A stretch of DNA of 53,869 bases from positions 1 to 53,869 of IMG/VR virus record IMGVR_UViG_3300028410_000014. One strand, given 5' to 3'. The notes below the pieces were generated by a model that had not been told where the DNA came from, did no database searches, and saw only the letters and a program-made list of their open reading frames with translations. Positions 18,496 through 28,559 of this stretch are shown here, in pieces. Made by a program: the position numbers and the translations under genes. Within the stretch, counting starts at the first letter, position 1, and every line of letters starts with the position of its first letter. This stretch comes from a virus. Lineage: Duplodnaviria > Caudoviricetes.

Positions 18496-19279
18496 TCCAG
18501 TGCTCCTGAATGTAGATCATTTTGCCATTAGAAAGCAAATGGCTTTCCCAATCATCTCCGTAGGCTTCTAAGTACATTGCCACCACTGCCTCTTGACAGT
18601 CTTCCTCTGTTCCTGCAATTGCCTTTTGTGCTTTAACAGGACCAATGCCAGGGAGTCCCGGTATATGATCTGTAGGATCACCGGAGAGGAGCTGTGCGTA
18701 GTAAAGCCACATGCCTTCTTCTTTACTGACTTTTGAGAGCTCTTTTTTACTGAGATGGTAATGTGTGCCTTCAATGCATCTCAAGTCTTTGTCAATAGTG
18801 CCCACCACAAATTCAATTCCGTGCTCTTTGCACTCGGTTGCCCATGTCCTTACCAAGTCATCTGCCTCTTTACCTGTGGCACCCAGAGCAAGATCTTCTT
18901 CTATAGCTCGCTTTCGAAGATACTCCACAAACGGATTGTGCACATTGTATTTGCCGCGTTTCAGCTTATATTGAGGGTAGATCTCATCTCGGTATGACTT
19001 GCCATCTTTAACCGCCATGACGTATTCTGTGCAATAACTTGCCTCCACTGCAGCTTCAAGCATTTCCAGAAAGGTGTCCCAGCATTTTTCTTGCATAGCT
19101 AAGTCTGTTGTGTAATCATAGCCGGGTACATAGCCCAGCCCCTTGAGAGGCGCAATATTAAGGCCGTGCAACTCCCACTGACTGACCTTCTTACGCCAGT
19201 GGAGGTCTGCGGCATCATGACAGATAATATCTCCGTCAATTATGGCTACTCTTCGCATTGATCCTTCTCCATGTAGCAC
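18443..19279 (-). CDS. 5'-3' exonuclease (T7 gp6-like)
   Basis: IIDGD, YK..R, EADD, IDKDL, GDPTDHIPGLPGIGPVKA; start may be 19258. Confidence 0.92.
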   Translation of the reverse strand: MLHGEGSMRRVAIIDGDIICHDAADLHWRKKVSQWELHGLNIAPLKGLGYVPGYDYTTDLAMQEKCWDTFLEMLEAAVEASYCTEYVMAVKDGKSYRDEIYPQYKLKRGKYNVHNPFVEYLRKRAIEEDLALGATGKEADDLVRTWATECKEHGIEFVVGTIDKDLRCIEGTHYHLSKKELSKVSKEEGMWLYYAQLLSGDPTDHIPGLPGIGPVKAQKAIAGTEEDCQEAVVAMYLEAYGDDWESHLLSNGKMIYIQEHWNAHFTIREWPIVKELRG

Positions 19280-19389
19280 TGATTACATTCTTCCTCGTCA
19301 AACGCGCCTTCCAACTCTTCTTGGGAATCCACCATCTGGCCACAGCCGCTGCATTTGTAAATCATTGGATTCATCCTTATGATAGTTTG

Positions 19390-19599
19390 TTATGGCTCGC
19401 ATTTCTTATTCTCCAGAAAACAGTCATCACACTGTTGCAGCGATACTGCGTCTTCAAGGTGAATTGGGCCATATACCCGATCACCGCAGTCTGTACACTC
19501 GTACCATTTCCTGTAACAATCTCTGCAGAGACCTAGACTGGTATTGGCCCAAGGCTGTGACTTGACACTAACCTCGCAGTGCGCACATTTAAAAGTCAT
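19390..19599 (-). CDS. small zinc-finger protein
   Basis: Four CxxC pairs. Confidence 0.55.
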   Translation of the reverse strand: MTFKCAHCEVSVKSQPWANTSLGLCRDCYRKWYECTDCGDRVYGPIHLEDAVSLQQCDDCFLENKKCEP

Positions 19600-19704
19600 T
19601 GGACTCTCCTTATAGTGGTTTGCTGCACAATTATTGTAGTGTCACCTCCGAAAACAAGCTTATTAAGTTCAGAGTGCTTGTCACAGGCAAGTTGCCATTC
19701 AATA

Positions 19705-19905
19705 TCAGTTTTTATAAGAATCTTTCGCATGCTTTTCTAAGACCTCAACTAGATGTTTTTGCAATATTAAAATCTCTTCAAGACTGAGATATACAGATAC
19801 ATAATTCTCGTAATCCTCCAGTGCTAAGCAGAGGTCGTTATCTGCATCAACACAGCTATTTACCCATAACCTGCTAAATTTTGAGTGTTTGCAATTAATT
19901 TCCAT
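19705..19905 (-). CDS. hypothetical protein
   Basis: TGATG coupling to the polymerase stop. Confidence 0.6.
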   Translation of the reverse strand: MEINCKHSKFSRLWVNSCVDADNDLCLALEDYENYVSVYLSLEEILILQKHLVEVLEKHAKDSYKN

Positions 19906-21779
19906 CAGTGAATGTCCATCCAGTCATTCCCAATTTTACCGTCACCACTCATAATTGTCACTCCAAACAGTTTCGGTCCTTCTTGAAATGCTTTAACGCC
20001 CAGCTCTGCAGCTCTTTCGGCGTATTCTTCAGGAACCATAAAATCAAGCTCATCGTGCATAAATATACAAGGGCTGTACGGTATGTTTTCTTCCTTTAGC
20101 CATTGGGTCAACAGCAGGCATGCACCCGCGCAAGTAATCTTCTCAAGTGACTGCAGCAGGTAAACAAGCAGTTTATGCTTAGAGTCGACATATATGCGAG
20201 TGCCGGCAATAGACGGGATAAAACCATAGCCTTTGTTCTCTCTTTTGGTTTGATTGAATACACGATCCAGTTTATCCAAGAGATCTTTGAACCCTGGAAC
20301 TGCCTTTGTGAAGCCTTTCTTCAGAGTTGCACCACGTTTTTCATTGGGCTGTCCAAAGATATAGCCCCAGAGCTTCCCACCAGAAGCCCCGAACAAGAAA
20401 GCATACAAAATTCTCTTTGCAACGCTTCTCTCTACAACGTGATCCATTCCCATCTCACGCAAAACTTCTGTCAACTTTTGCGCGTTATAAGTATGGATAT
20501 CGTCATGCAGCAGGATTCTGGTGAACTCATCGTTGTTCAGGTAGTGTGCGAGACCACGCGCCTGGTTGCCGGAGGAGTCGCACCCGACAAGTTTCCAGCC
20601 CGGCCTGGATCGGAACAGGCGGCGCATTTCGGGACCGTAGTCGGAGTCTGCGCTTGGTACGTTCACAATAATCTTGTGTCTGGCCCGCATACTCGGCGTG
20701 CCTATTGGGAAGCAATCACCCCTCAGACAACCGTCTTCACCAACGTTCTCTACCCAAGTTTTTGTGATGCCGTAACGGGACTGTACTGTAAGATACTCTA
20801 TGTAGAGCTTGCCGTCACTCCCAAGAAACTCAAGGGAGCTGTCTGTTATTTTCGGTGAAGTTCTTGTCTTCTCAAAAGTCACGGGATTGACTTTAGTGTT
20901 CCATTGATCAGGAATCCAGCCGTTGCGGTAGAGAAACACTTTAACATCTGCAGGAGAACTTAACTTTAGTTTTTTAAACTCAACTCTGCAGTACTCTCCG
21001 TCAATCTCTCTTGTACCATCCTCTTGTCCCTCCTCGGGCTCAATGCCAAACCATGCGCATGTGTGATGATTGTAATCGCCATCCTTTTTCCATTTAGGCT
21101 TTTTGACTTCACAGACACCTTTGACCATGTCAGTCGCCACAGTCTTGATACCAAGTTTTGCTTCAAGTGTTTCTGTGATGGAGTCTAACAAAGCCTTGAG
21201 AGTGTTGAGGAGCTCAATTGCGCCCTCCTTATCAAAAGGCCAGCCATACTCTGCTGCGTCTGCACACCATTGAGCGACTGCGTGTTCAGCTCGCATATAA
21301 GGTATTATAAACTCGTTACGCTCAGCAAGCGCCTCAAATTCAGTTAACAGAACTCTGTAAACTTCAGTGTTGAGATCAACGTCTTGTTGACCGTAAGTAA
21401 GCATTTCGGGAGTATAAGCAGAGTAGTCATCAAACTCTATTTTAGAATAGTCCAGGTACTCGCCCCAAACTTTTAAGCCGTGGCCTTTTTCTCCAAATCG
21501 CTTATAATCTTGTACTTGGCTCATAATAAGACTATCATGAATTCGAGTGCCTGGACTCAAAGTGAAACCATAAATCTTTTTAAGCGCTTTTAAATCAAAA
21601 TTAATAATATTATGGCCTACAACAAGCTCGGCTTCTTGCAGCACTTTTTTCCAACGCATATCCTCTTGAGTACAATAGAAGCGCTCATCCGTTTCTATAT
21701 CTCTGAAACAAATAAGCCACATGCAAGTCAACTTGTCAAGCAAATTGTCAGTTTCAATGTCGAATACGTATCTTGACAT
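19905..21779 (-). CDS. family A DNA polymerase with 3'-5' exonuclease
   Basis: FDIET, GHNIINFD, YGQQDV (exo I-III); DSSGNQAR, RSVAKRILYAFLFG, MHDE (pol A/B/C). Confidence 0.95.
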   Translation of the reverse strand: MSRYVFDIETDNLLDKLTCMWLICFRDIETDERFYCTQEDMRWKKVLQEAELVVGHNIINFDLKALKKIYGFTLSPGTRIHDSLIMSQVQDYKRFGEKGHGLKVWGEYLDYSKIEFDDYSAYTPEMLTYGQQDVDLNTEVYRVLLTEFEALAERNEFIIPYMRAEHAVAQWCADAAEYGWPFDKEGAIELLNTLKALLDSITETLEAKLGIKTVATDMVKGVCEVKKPKWKKDGDYNHHTCAWFGIEPEEGQEDGTREIDGEYCRVEFKKLKLSSPADVKVFLYRNGWIPDQWNTKVNPVTFEKTRTSPKITDSSLEFLGSDGKLYIEYLTVQSRYGITKTWVENVGEDGCLRGDCFPIGTPSMRARHKIIVNVPSADSDYGPEMRRLFRSRPGWKLVGCDSSGNQARGLAHYLNNDEFTRILLHDDIHTYNAQKLTEVLREMGMDHVVERSVAKRILYAFLFGASGGKLWGYIFGQPNEKRGATLKKGFTKAVPGFKDLLDKLDRVFNQTKRENKGYGFIPSIAGTRIYVDSKHKLLVYLLQSLEKITCAGACLLLTQWLKEENIPYSPCIFMHDELDFMVPEEYAERAAELGVKAFQEGPKLFGVTIMSGDGKIGNDWMDIH

Positions 21780-21812
21780 AAGTTAAAGAGGGCCACTACA
21801 GCCCTCTCTCCT

Positions 21813-22427
21813 TTACATAGTCTTGTGTGGCATGGCAGGCATTGCCGCAATCCACTTGTGAACTTCGTTAGCCTTTATCGGCAGACAGCCATTCTCCATG
21901 TACAGTATTGCGTACATTTTGTAGAACAAGCTCTTTTTGCGTTCTTGGAGAGGATCATCTTTTTTGCCCAGACGTTCCATGTATTTACTTTCTTGCAAAT
22001 CCACCGCGCCAAGAAACACTGTGGGGTCTTTGTACTTGGCTTTTCGACTCTCAATGTCAATCCAGCCGTAGTCAGGGAGTCCCGCCAGCATACCGCGATA
22101 GTGACTCGGGTCAACTGCTGAGGATACTCCAATATGAGCTGTTTCGATTAATGGCTCTGCAAGGTCTTTACCTGTCATTTTTTCTTCTATATCAGAGTGC
22201 CAAGCAGACCATCTTTCAAGACCTACAATCCAAGATTCATAGTCTTCAAAACTGCTTAAGGCAATGTCTTGACGACCATTGACCGATATTGAAAGATTGT
22301 GACTTATGAAGAGTTCATTGACTGCGGACATCTTCAAGTCATCTAAAACATTAAGCAAAAGTGGATCTGTTGTGGTTGCAACTCGATAGTCACGTTTGCA
22401 ATCAATTACGTCTATTACGTATTTCAT
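21813..22427 (-). CDS. DUF3310 / T7 gp1.7-like protein (putative nucleotide kinase)
   Basis: AVDPSHY...KY..R.GKKD..LQE..K..FY. Confidence 0.6.
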   Translation of the reverse strand: MKYVIDVIDCKRDYRVATTTDPLLLNVLDDLKMSAVNELFISHNLSISVNGRQDIALSSFEDYESWIVGLERWSAWHSDIEEKMTGKDLAEPLIETAHIGVSSAVDPSHYRGMLAGLPDYGWIDIESRKAKYKDPTVFLGAVDLQESKYMERLGKKDDPLQERKKSLFYKMYAILYMENGCLPIKANEVHKWIAAMPAMPHKTM

Positions 22428-22436
22428 ATATTAGTC

Positions 22437-23039
22437 TCAGAATTTAACGGATTCACGAGCCTTGTCTGAACCTTCCGGTGGCGCTGTTTTCTTGAAAGAC
22501 TCAGAGGGTGCTCTGTCGGCGTCATCTTCACTCCCATACTTGGGGAGTTCACCCAGTACTTTTGTCTTGGTTACAGCGAATTCTTCACGGTCTTCAGACG
22601 GCTTGGGGACATATACTCTGTGCACTGTCACTTGAACGCCCATCAGTATGCTGACAAGCTTAGCTGGCATTGCAGGCTTGTCGCCGCTTGCTGCCATTGC
22701 TTCCTGGTTGTATTGGAAAATTCGGACGTGGCCTTCAGAGCCGTTTCCGACAGTACGCGGATCAATGCTATTTAGGTCTCCGTCAATCAGCTCCGGGCAT
22801 ACCACAGGCGTCATGTCTGCTTTGACTGCTTTGCGCTTCAAGTTCACAAAGTAGAATAGATTATCGTGGTCGTCTGTTTGAGGTGTTACCTTCAGACCGG
22901 CAGCTTGCCACTCTTTCATTTGCTCTTTCTTAGTTGTTCTGATTTGAATTTCCCAAGAAGGGCGCACTTTGCTAAACTTGGTGTTTGGGTTTGCAGGGTC
23001 AAGCCTAATATACCATAATTCGCAATCGTATAACATCAT
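22437..23039 (-). CDS. single-stranded DNA-binding protein (gp2.5-like)
   Basis: VGNGS motif, L.GVQV, charged tail ending in Phe; next to the polymerase. Confidence 0.7.
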   Translation of the reverse strand: MMLYDCELWYIRLDPANPNTKFSKVRPSWEIQIRTTKKEQMKEWQAAGLKVTPQTDDHDNLFYFVNLKRKAVKADMTPVVCPELIDGDLNSIDPRTVGNGSEGHVRIFQYNQEAMAASGDKPAMPAKLVSILMGVQVTVHRVYVPKPSEDREEFAVTKTKVLGELPKYGSEDDADRAPSESFKKTAPPEGSDKARESVKF

Positions 23040-23080
23040 TTTAGAAAATTCCTATGTGTTTGGTTAAAACCCTTTCAGGG

Positions 23081-23093
23081 TTAATCTAACGGG
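23081..23093 (-). promoter_or_regulatory. candidate phage RNAP promoter, class 2
   Basis: CCCGTTAGATTAA upstream of the replication module. Confidence 0.65.
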
Positions 23094-23101
23094 TTGATTG
23101 G

Positions 23102-23485
23102 TTAAAAAACAGAAAGCGCATCTCGCACTGCCTGGGGGATATCTATATCATTTCTGAACAAGTAAACAACACCGAACTCATCGTTTACAAGGTGCAGGAT
23201 TTCCCATGCATTCTCGTACTCTTCTAAATACTCCCAATTTACAAAGGCTTCATCATGTGCAACCATTGTCAGATGCAATAAGAAACCTTTATCACTTGTT
23301 AGATAAGCTTCCTCCTTGCTAAAGTCTTCAGCTGTTTCTAAAACAACAATTATGCCGATCTCTGACATCTTGTTACCCTGCCCTACCCACTCTTCAATAC
23401 TTAGTTGATAGCTATTAAGAGCAATTCTGTTGATTATAGGGTCTTCAATTGCTTCAATGTCTTCGAGTGTTCTGCAGATTATCAT
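23102..23485 (-). CDS. acidic hypothetical protein coupled to the RNAP
   Basis: ATGA overlap with RNAP stop. Confidence 0.7.
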   Translation of the reverse strand: MIICRTLEDIEAIEDPIINRIALNSYQLSIEEWVGQGNKMSEIGIIVVLETAEDFSKEEAYLTSDKGFLLHLTMVAHDEAFVNWEYLEEYENAWEILHLVNDEFGVVYLFRNDIDIPQAVRDALSVF

Positions 23486-25716
23486 GCAAATGCGTACTCC
23501 GAGTCAAGAACCAGTGTCAGGTCTAATTTGCCTTTCTCTATTTTTGTGATGTCCGCTCCTATGTCATTGAAAATTGATGTCAGTGGGTCTTTAAGGTACA
23601 GCTCAACAAAGGTCTCCCTGACAATCCTGAACAGATCATTCATGTCACCCAACAACGCCCCGTAGGAATCATGGACTGTTGTTACCGGGAATGGCGCTCT
23701 GCAGACTGTCAGTATGAGATGGCCCGCATCAAGGCTGTGAATTATGTTCGGTGCGGCACCTTGAGATTGCTTATTTTTAGAGGGCTTTGGCTGCTCCAGA
23801 TAAGAAATCATCAATTGGTACGTATTCTCGTAATACCCCGTGTTCAATCTCTTGCCTTTAGGCGCTCCGTATTGCACCCAAGTTTTCTTAACTTCTCCTT
23901 CAATGTAATGCTGTACTACAGGAAAGTTGGTTATTGGGACAGTCCAAGAGAGGAACTCACCGCGCTGTTCCGCTGCTTTGCCCGCTTGCTCAAATGTTGA
24001 GAGAAGACGCATCGGCTTTTTAAGACAATCCATACAAACTCTGAAAAGATCTCTTCCGAAATAAGCACCCCAAGTGTGTTCCATGTAAGTTAATAACTCA
24101 ATGCCGTGTTTGCGAGAGTCATTTATTACTTGCTCTCCCAGGCCATAAGGCTTAGAGCCGTACGGAAGAGTCATTACGCCTCTCTTGCATATCTTTCTTT
24201 TTTGCTTATCTTCGTTGACTCTCAACCAGAAGATCGGAGCAGCTCTTTTAATGATCTCCTTGTTTTTCAGCTTGTACTTCTTATAGATCTCAATAAGCTC
24301 TTGGCGTTGCTCGCTCTTAGCTTCTGTTGCATTGATCTGCTTCTTCATTTCGATGAGGGTATCAATGCATTTGTCCAGACTCTTCTTAGTCCTTGAAGTC
24401 ATTTCACTGACTTCTTTCTCAAGTTCAGCCCACATGTGGTATGCCACAAACATATAAAGGTCGCCCGGAAGATCTGAGGGCACTAAGTTTACATATGGTG
24501 CCGTCTCTTCATCCAGCATCAAAGCCGATAGATGTTGACTTCCGTTAGTGCTGCCGTCAAGATATGCTTCTAAGCCTGATTCATAAGAGAAGTCCTCGAC
24601 ATCACCCATTTGATGCTGTCTCAATTTCAACATCTCAAAGCATGCAGCAATAAACTGCCAGGGCTTATCTGCCTTCATCCATCCTTGGTTTAACTTAGGA
24701 TTTTCTGCGTACGCAACTATAATCTCTTCATTGTCAAGAACCCACATGTAGCGATCTTTCAGAGGTATCTTGTCTGTTTTTAACTCGTCTTCTCTCCCGG
24801 CGTCCCCGCCCCAGTTAGAAGCAATGCTGACACATAGCCAAAAGAAGCCGCTCTCTTTAATCGCTTTTCTGTCGTTTCGTATCAAAAGGCCTTTGGCCAG
24901 ATCGGAGCCTTGCTCGTTGAGATAGGCGGTTGCCACATACTTTCTTCCTCTGAAATCCATGTATTGTAAATGGTAGAAAGTGTCATCTAAGAATCGTTCA
25001 GCAATGCTGCTGATTGACTTTGTCTCCCTGATCTTTGTAGATCTTGCTTCAGGGCTGTGCGCCTTCCAGACATCATTAAATGCGTCTGCCTTGTTTCTGA
25101 AAGACCACAGCTGTAACTCGTGGACAGCTTTGTTGATGTTCCAACCAACTGATTGAGATTTATTAATAGCCTCATATATCAATGGATGTGTTAGCGGAGT
25201 TACTGTAGATCTGATTTTGTGGTTTGTTTTGATAAGCAATGCACCGGTTGAATGGCGAAAGCTTGTCCATGCGTCATAAGGTAGAAGTGATGGTAGCTTT
25301 TCTAAAGTAGCCGGTGGAAGTTCGTTCCATAATTTGATGAGAGCTGCATCGTCCACTACTTCTACAATATAGGCTTGGTGTCCATTTGAACCTTTGCTTT
25401 TCACTACTTTCAGCAAATTAAGTTCCTCAAAAGAGTAAAGAATAAATGCGCCTGTTTTAGCAGCCAACGCTGAATCTTTTTTGAGTTGCTCTTTGGACAT
25501 AAGCTTTTTACCAATAGCACACACAATTTCTGTAAGGAACGTGAATTGTGCTCCTGACTTTACTCCCTTTTTAGGTCTAGTGTAAAGATACACGACGCCT
25601 ATGATATCGTTGATGTGTTTTTCAAGGGACAACGCCTTCAAGTATTTTAGAGGCATTCTGATTGAAATTTCAGAACCAACTCGGGTTTCAAGACTATTCA
25701 AAATTTTGTTGCGCAT
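23482..25716 (-). CDS. T7-like single-subunit RNA polymerase (744 aa, intact)
   Basis: DFRGRKY, DGSTNGSQH (A), RKICKRGVMTLPYG (B), APNIIHSLD and TVHDS (C), C-terminal YAFA. Confidence 0.96.
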   Translation of the reverse strand: MRNKILNSLETRVGSEISIRMPLKYLKALSLEKHINDIIGVVYLYTRPKKGVKSGAQFTFLTEIVCAIGKKLMSKEQLKKDSALAAKTGAFILYSFEELNLLKVVKSKGSNGHQAYIVEVVDDAALIKLWNELPPATLEKLPSLLPYDAWTSFRHSTGALLIKTNHKIRSTVTPLTHPLIYEAINKSQSVGWNINKAVHELQLWSFRNKADAFNDVWKAHSPEARSTKIRETKSISSIAERFLDDTFYHLQYMDFRGRKYVATAYLNEQGSDLAKGLLIRNDRKAIKESGFFWLCVSIASNWGGDAGREDELKTDKIPLKDRYMWVLDNEEIIVAYAENPKLNQGWMKADKPWQFIAACFEMLKLRQHQMGDVEDFSYESGLEAYLDGSTNGSQHLSALMLDEETAPYVNLVPSDLPGDLYMFVAYHMWAELEKEVSEMTSRTKKSLDKCIDTLIEMKKQINATEAKSEQRQELIEIYKKYKLKNKEIIKRAAPIFWLRVNEDKQKRKICKRGVMTLPYGSKPYGLGEQVINDSRKHGIELLTYMEHTWGAYFGRDLFRVCMDCLKKPMRLLSTFEQAGKAAEQRGEFLSWTVPITNFPVVQHYIEGEVKKTWVQYGAPKGKRLNTGYYENTYQLMISYLEQPKPSKNKQSQGAAPNIIHSLDAGHLILTVCRAPFPVTTVHDSYGALLGDMNDLFRIVRETFVELYLKDPLTSIFNDIGADITKIEKGKLDLTLVLDSEYAFA

Positions 25717-25948
25717 GTCTCTCCTAAGCGTCTAGGTTTGGGATGATTTGGAACCTTTTCGCAATAAGTATAGGATAACAACGAGTAACATTGCAGCATC
25801 TAATCTGAATCTTGTAACACAGATAATCAATAAGATTATAAGTATTGCTTCAATCAGGTCACGAAGTTGCAAGGTTATTCCTCTGAGAAAAAAAAAAGTT
25901 CATGACGCCCTCTCCCACAACCCCAAAGGGATGTGAGAGAGGTAACGC

Positions 25949-26251
25949 CTAGAACAGGTCTTTGTACGGCAGTATTAAATTTTTTAGCTTATTATACGTT
26001 GCGTTTTCTACGTATATTGGCACACCTCCATCTGTTCTCAGATTTGCTATTGCGTGGACTTTTGCCCCAATTAGATTGGAGCCCATAAAGTGCTTTTGAT
26101 TTAAATCCATTAAGTCTGAACCGTTGAAGGTTCTGACAGTCTTTAGCCACTGTTCCTTGTCTAGAAACCTTGCGGCTGTCGGATTCTTGAATGACGACTT
26201 TTTACCTTTATCGTCAACTGCACCGATAAAAGAATAGCAGACGAGATTCAC
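25949..26251 (-). CDS. hypothetical protein
   Basis: GTGA overlap with upstream gene. Confidence 0.6.
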   Translation of the reverse strand: MNLVCYSFIGAVDDKGKKSSFKNPTAARFLDKEQWLKTVRTFNGSDLMDLNQKHFMGSNLIGAKVHAIANLRTDGGVPIYVENATYNKLKNLILPYKDLF

Positions 26252-26529
26252 TTTCCCCTCCTTTTTGCTACAATGCCCAGTATTACCACCTCGGCGAGCT
26301 TGTAGACTAGGTAAATCTGCAAGGAAGTTATCAGTGCGGCTACGATGACGCCTCCTGAGATTAGTAAAATCCCCATAATCGAAGGTGCAAATAGCAGCGC
26401 CAGAGCGCCCACAACACCGACAATTGCCGCGTATTGTAAAAGCATCTCAAATATCCCTGTCTTTTTCATGATTTTTGTCATGAAGAAAAAGGCACAACAA
26501 GTTAGTACTACTAACACAAAATTTGCCAT
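26248..26529 (-). CDS. multi-TM membrane protein
   Basis: Almost entirely hydrophobic; GAGGTG Shine-Dalgarno. Confidence 0.7.
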   Translation of the reverse strand: MANFVLVVLTCCAFFFMTKIMKKTGIFEMLLQYAAIVGVVGALALLFAPSIMGILLISGGVIVAALITSLQIYLVYKLAEVVILGIVAKRRGK

Positions 26530-26694
26530 TATTTTGTCACCTCAAAGTATATGCTCACCAGCATCCTTACGATGCTTACGACAATTAACACTCCCAGCAA
26601 AATGCTCATTTGCCACGTCCTTTCAGAGTTTGGTAAATTTCCAGGCCCATGTGGACTAGGGATACAAGTAAGACGGCTACAACTAAAATGCCCA

Positions 26695-26916
26695 TTATTC
26701 TTTCCTCGTCAATTTGCAGGTACTTGAGTACCCGTTATTGAAAATCCAAGTGCCGTCGATAATGTCAACGACACGCTCTTTGTCTATTTTTGTCCAGCCT
26801 TTTTGCAGGTGACAGTGTAGTTGTGCCTCCCCGCTTTGCACTTCTTCAAGCGCCGCCGGTGCACATCCTGACATCAGTGCTAAAATACACACTATTGCCA
26901 ATGTGCGCGAAATCAT
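26695..26916 (-). CDS. small lipoprotein
   Basis: Signal peptide with lipobox MSGC (Cys18); two further Cys. Confidence 0.65.
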   Translation of the reverse strand: MISRTLAIVCILALMSGCAPAALEEVQSGEAQLHCHLQKGWTKIDKERVVDIIDGTWIFNNGYSSTCKLTRKE

Positions 26917-27322
26917 TCGCCCATTCGCTTTTCTAAATCTAACTCAAAGTACTTTTCACACGCTGGTCTTTCAACAGCAAGATATAAAGCTACTGACACT
27001 ACCGCAACACCAATAACAATAATAATCATTTGATTTTCTTCCTTTTTTTTCTTCCATTTCTGCCCAACGGTCTGGGGCAAAGAATTTGATGAGAACCGCT
27101 AGGATAAAGAAAAACAATATCCCTCCCAAGATTACAATAATAGAACCAAAAAATCCCTATATGAACGCTTTAAATAACATTGTCGTCGTCCTCTTTCTTG
27201 CTCTTTTTAATTCCTTGATAGAGCCCTACGACTCCTCCTATAATAAACATTACCATGAAGACTATTGCCAGGCCAACTAAAATCAATAACATTAGATGTA
27301 GCATAATATTTCCTTTGATTGA

Positions 27323-27355
27323 TGTTTCTTCATATAAGATACTCTATTTCCCGCA
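27323..27355 (-). promoter_or_regulatory. candidate phage RNAP promoter, class 1 (33-bp repeat)
   Basis: TGCGGGAAATAGAGTATCTTATATGAAGAAACA, 31/33 identical to 28753-28785; intergenic. Confidence 0.7.
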
Positions 27356-27357
27356 TT

Positions 27358-27918
27358 TTACTGAATAGCCCAGTTACGCAGCTGTGCACGAAGGAACGCA
27401 ATCTCCTGCGCACTCACGCCTGTTCGAAAAACTTCTCGCTTATCTTGATCGGCAAAAACAAGAGCTAATGGGAACAGATCCCCGTTACTTCTTCTCACAA
27501 AATGGTACGCCAAGAAGTAAGACACCGCGTCTGAATTGACAAATAGTTCTGACTTTTGTCCCCTGAATATTTTATTCAGTTCTGCTTTTATACAGGGGTC
27601 TGGATCGGTACTCACATGCTGAGTACTAAAGGACAGCTTCATACCATTCTGGTACTCGCCCCACTGCATATGAGTTTTGATCACCGGGCCTTTGTACGCC
27701 TCATGCGTTATCACCAGGGTTAAGTCGTCTCTTACAAAATAGGTATCTGATCCTTCTACCCATGTTTTTCCGCGAACAGCGCTGAGCGCACCATCCTGGC
27801 AGAGCCGCTGCCAGTAGTGATAGTCCACCGATTCCCGATGCCCAGGGTCATTTATCCCTTCTAATTCCTTCTTCAATCCTAGAAACATATTCTCAATAGC
27901 TACAATTGCACTGTTCAT
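27358..27918 (-). CDS. hypothetical protein
   Basis: AAGGAG Shine-Dalgarno, 186 aa. Confidence 0.7.
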   Translation of the reverse strand: MNSAIVAIENMFLGLKKELEGINDPGHRESVDYHYWQRLCQDGALSAVRGKTWVEGSDTYFVRDDLTLVITHEAYKGPVIKTHMQWGEYQNGMKLSFSTQHVSTDPDPCIKAELNKIFRGQKSELFVNSDAVSYFLAYHFVRRSNGDLFPLALVFADQDKREVFRTGVSAQEIAFLRAQLRNWAIQ

Positions 27919-27942
27919 AACAACTCCTTTGATTGATAAATA

Positions 27943-28533
27943 TTACGCGGGATCTTTGCTTGCCAGTACGTCCCAGGCATCTGTCCACCTTAGCTGTTCT
28001 TCGATGACTATTTCATGCTTCTGTTTTTCACAGTTCACAAGATGCCCCTCAAAATTGCATATAAAGTGCCAACCGATATAAGGATTCCCTTTCGGCGACC
28101 GGTGTTTAGTCGTGTGCGCCAGTGTCATATGTGTAACTTTGACGCCCAACTCTTCCAGCATCTCTCTTCTGCAGGCTTGTTCAGGCGTTTCTCCCGAGTC
28201 CACCTTTCCGGTTGGCAAAGTAACAGTGCCTCTCTTCTTGTGGTATAAGAGAGCAATGCCTCTAGAGCTTTCCAGTATTGCGCTTATGTAATCAGTTGCC
28301 ATATTTTTCTCCGAAAGTTTTTCATAAATACGACTCTGCTCTGTCGTCAGATGCGTGCACTTTAAGATCGCTCTTATCTCTTGAAATGCAAGTTCTTCCT
28401 CGCGTCCTGTATCAAGATATTCTTTGATAGACCTAACGGGCATGAATCTTTTATCATGCAAATTGATTGCAAGGCGGCCTGCACCTTCCAAGTCGTAATT
28501 CCTGTACTGATCTGCTAAGTCAAAATGATTCAT
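27943..28533 (-). CDS. Nudix hydrolase domain protein
   Basis: GKVDSGETPEQACRREMLEELGV Nudix box. Confidence 0.88.
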   Translation of the reverse strand: MNHFDLADQYRNYDLEGAGRLAINLHDKRFMPVRSIKEYLDTGREEELAFQEIRAILKCTHLTTEQSRIYEKLSEKNMATDYISAILESSRGIALLYHKKRGTVTLPTGKVDSGETPEQACRREMLEELGVKVTHMTLAHTTKHRSPKGNPYIGWHFICNFEGHLVNCEKQKHEIVIEEQLRWTDAWDVLASKDPA

Positions 28534-28559
28534 AATAAATACCTTAAATTGATTTTAAA

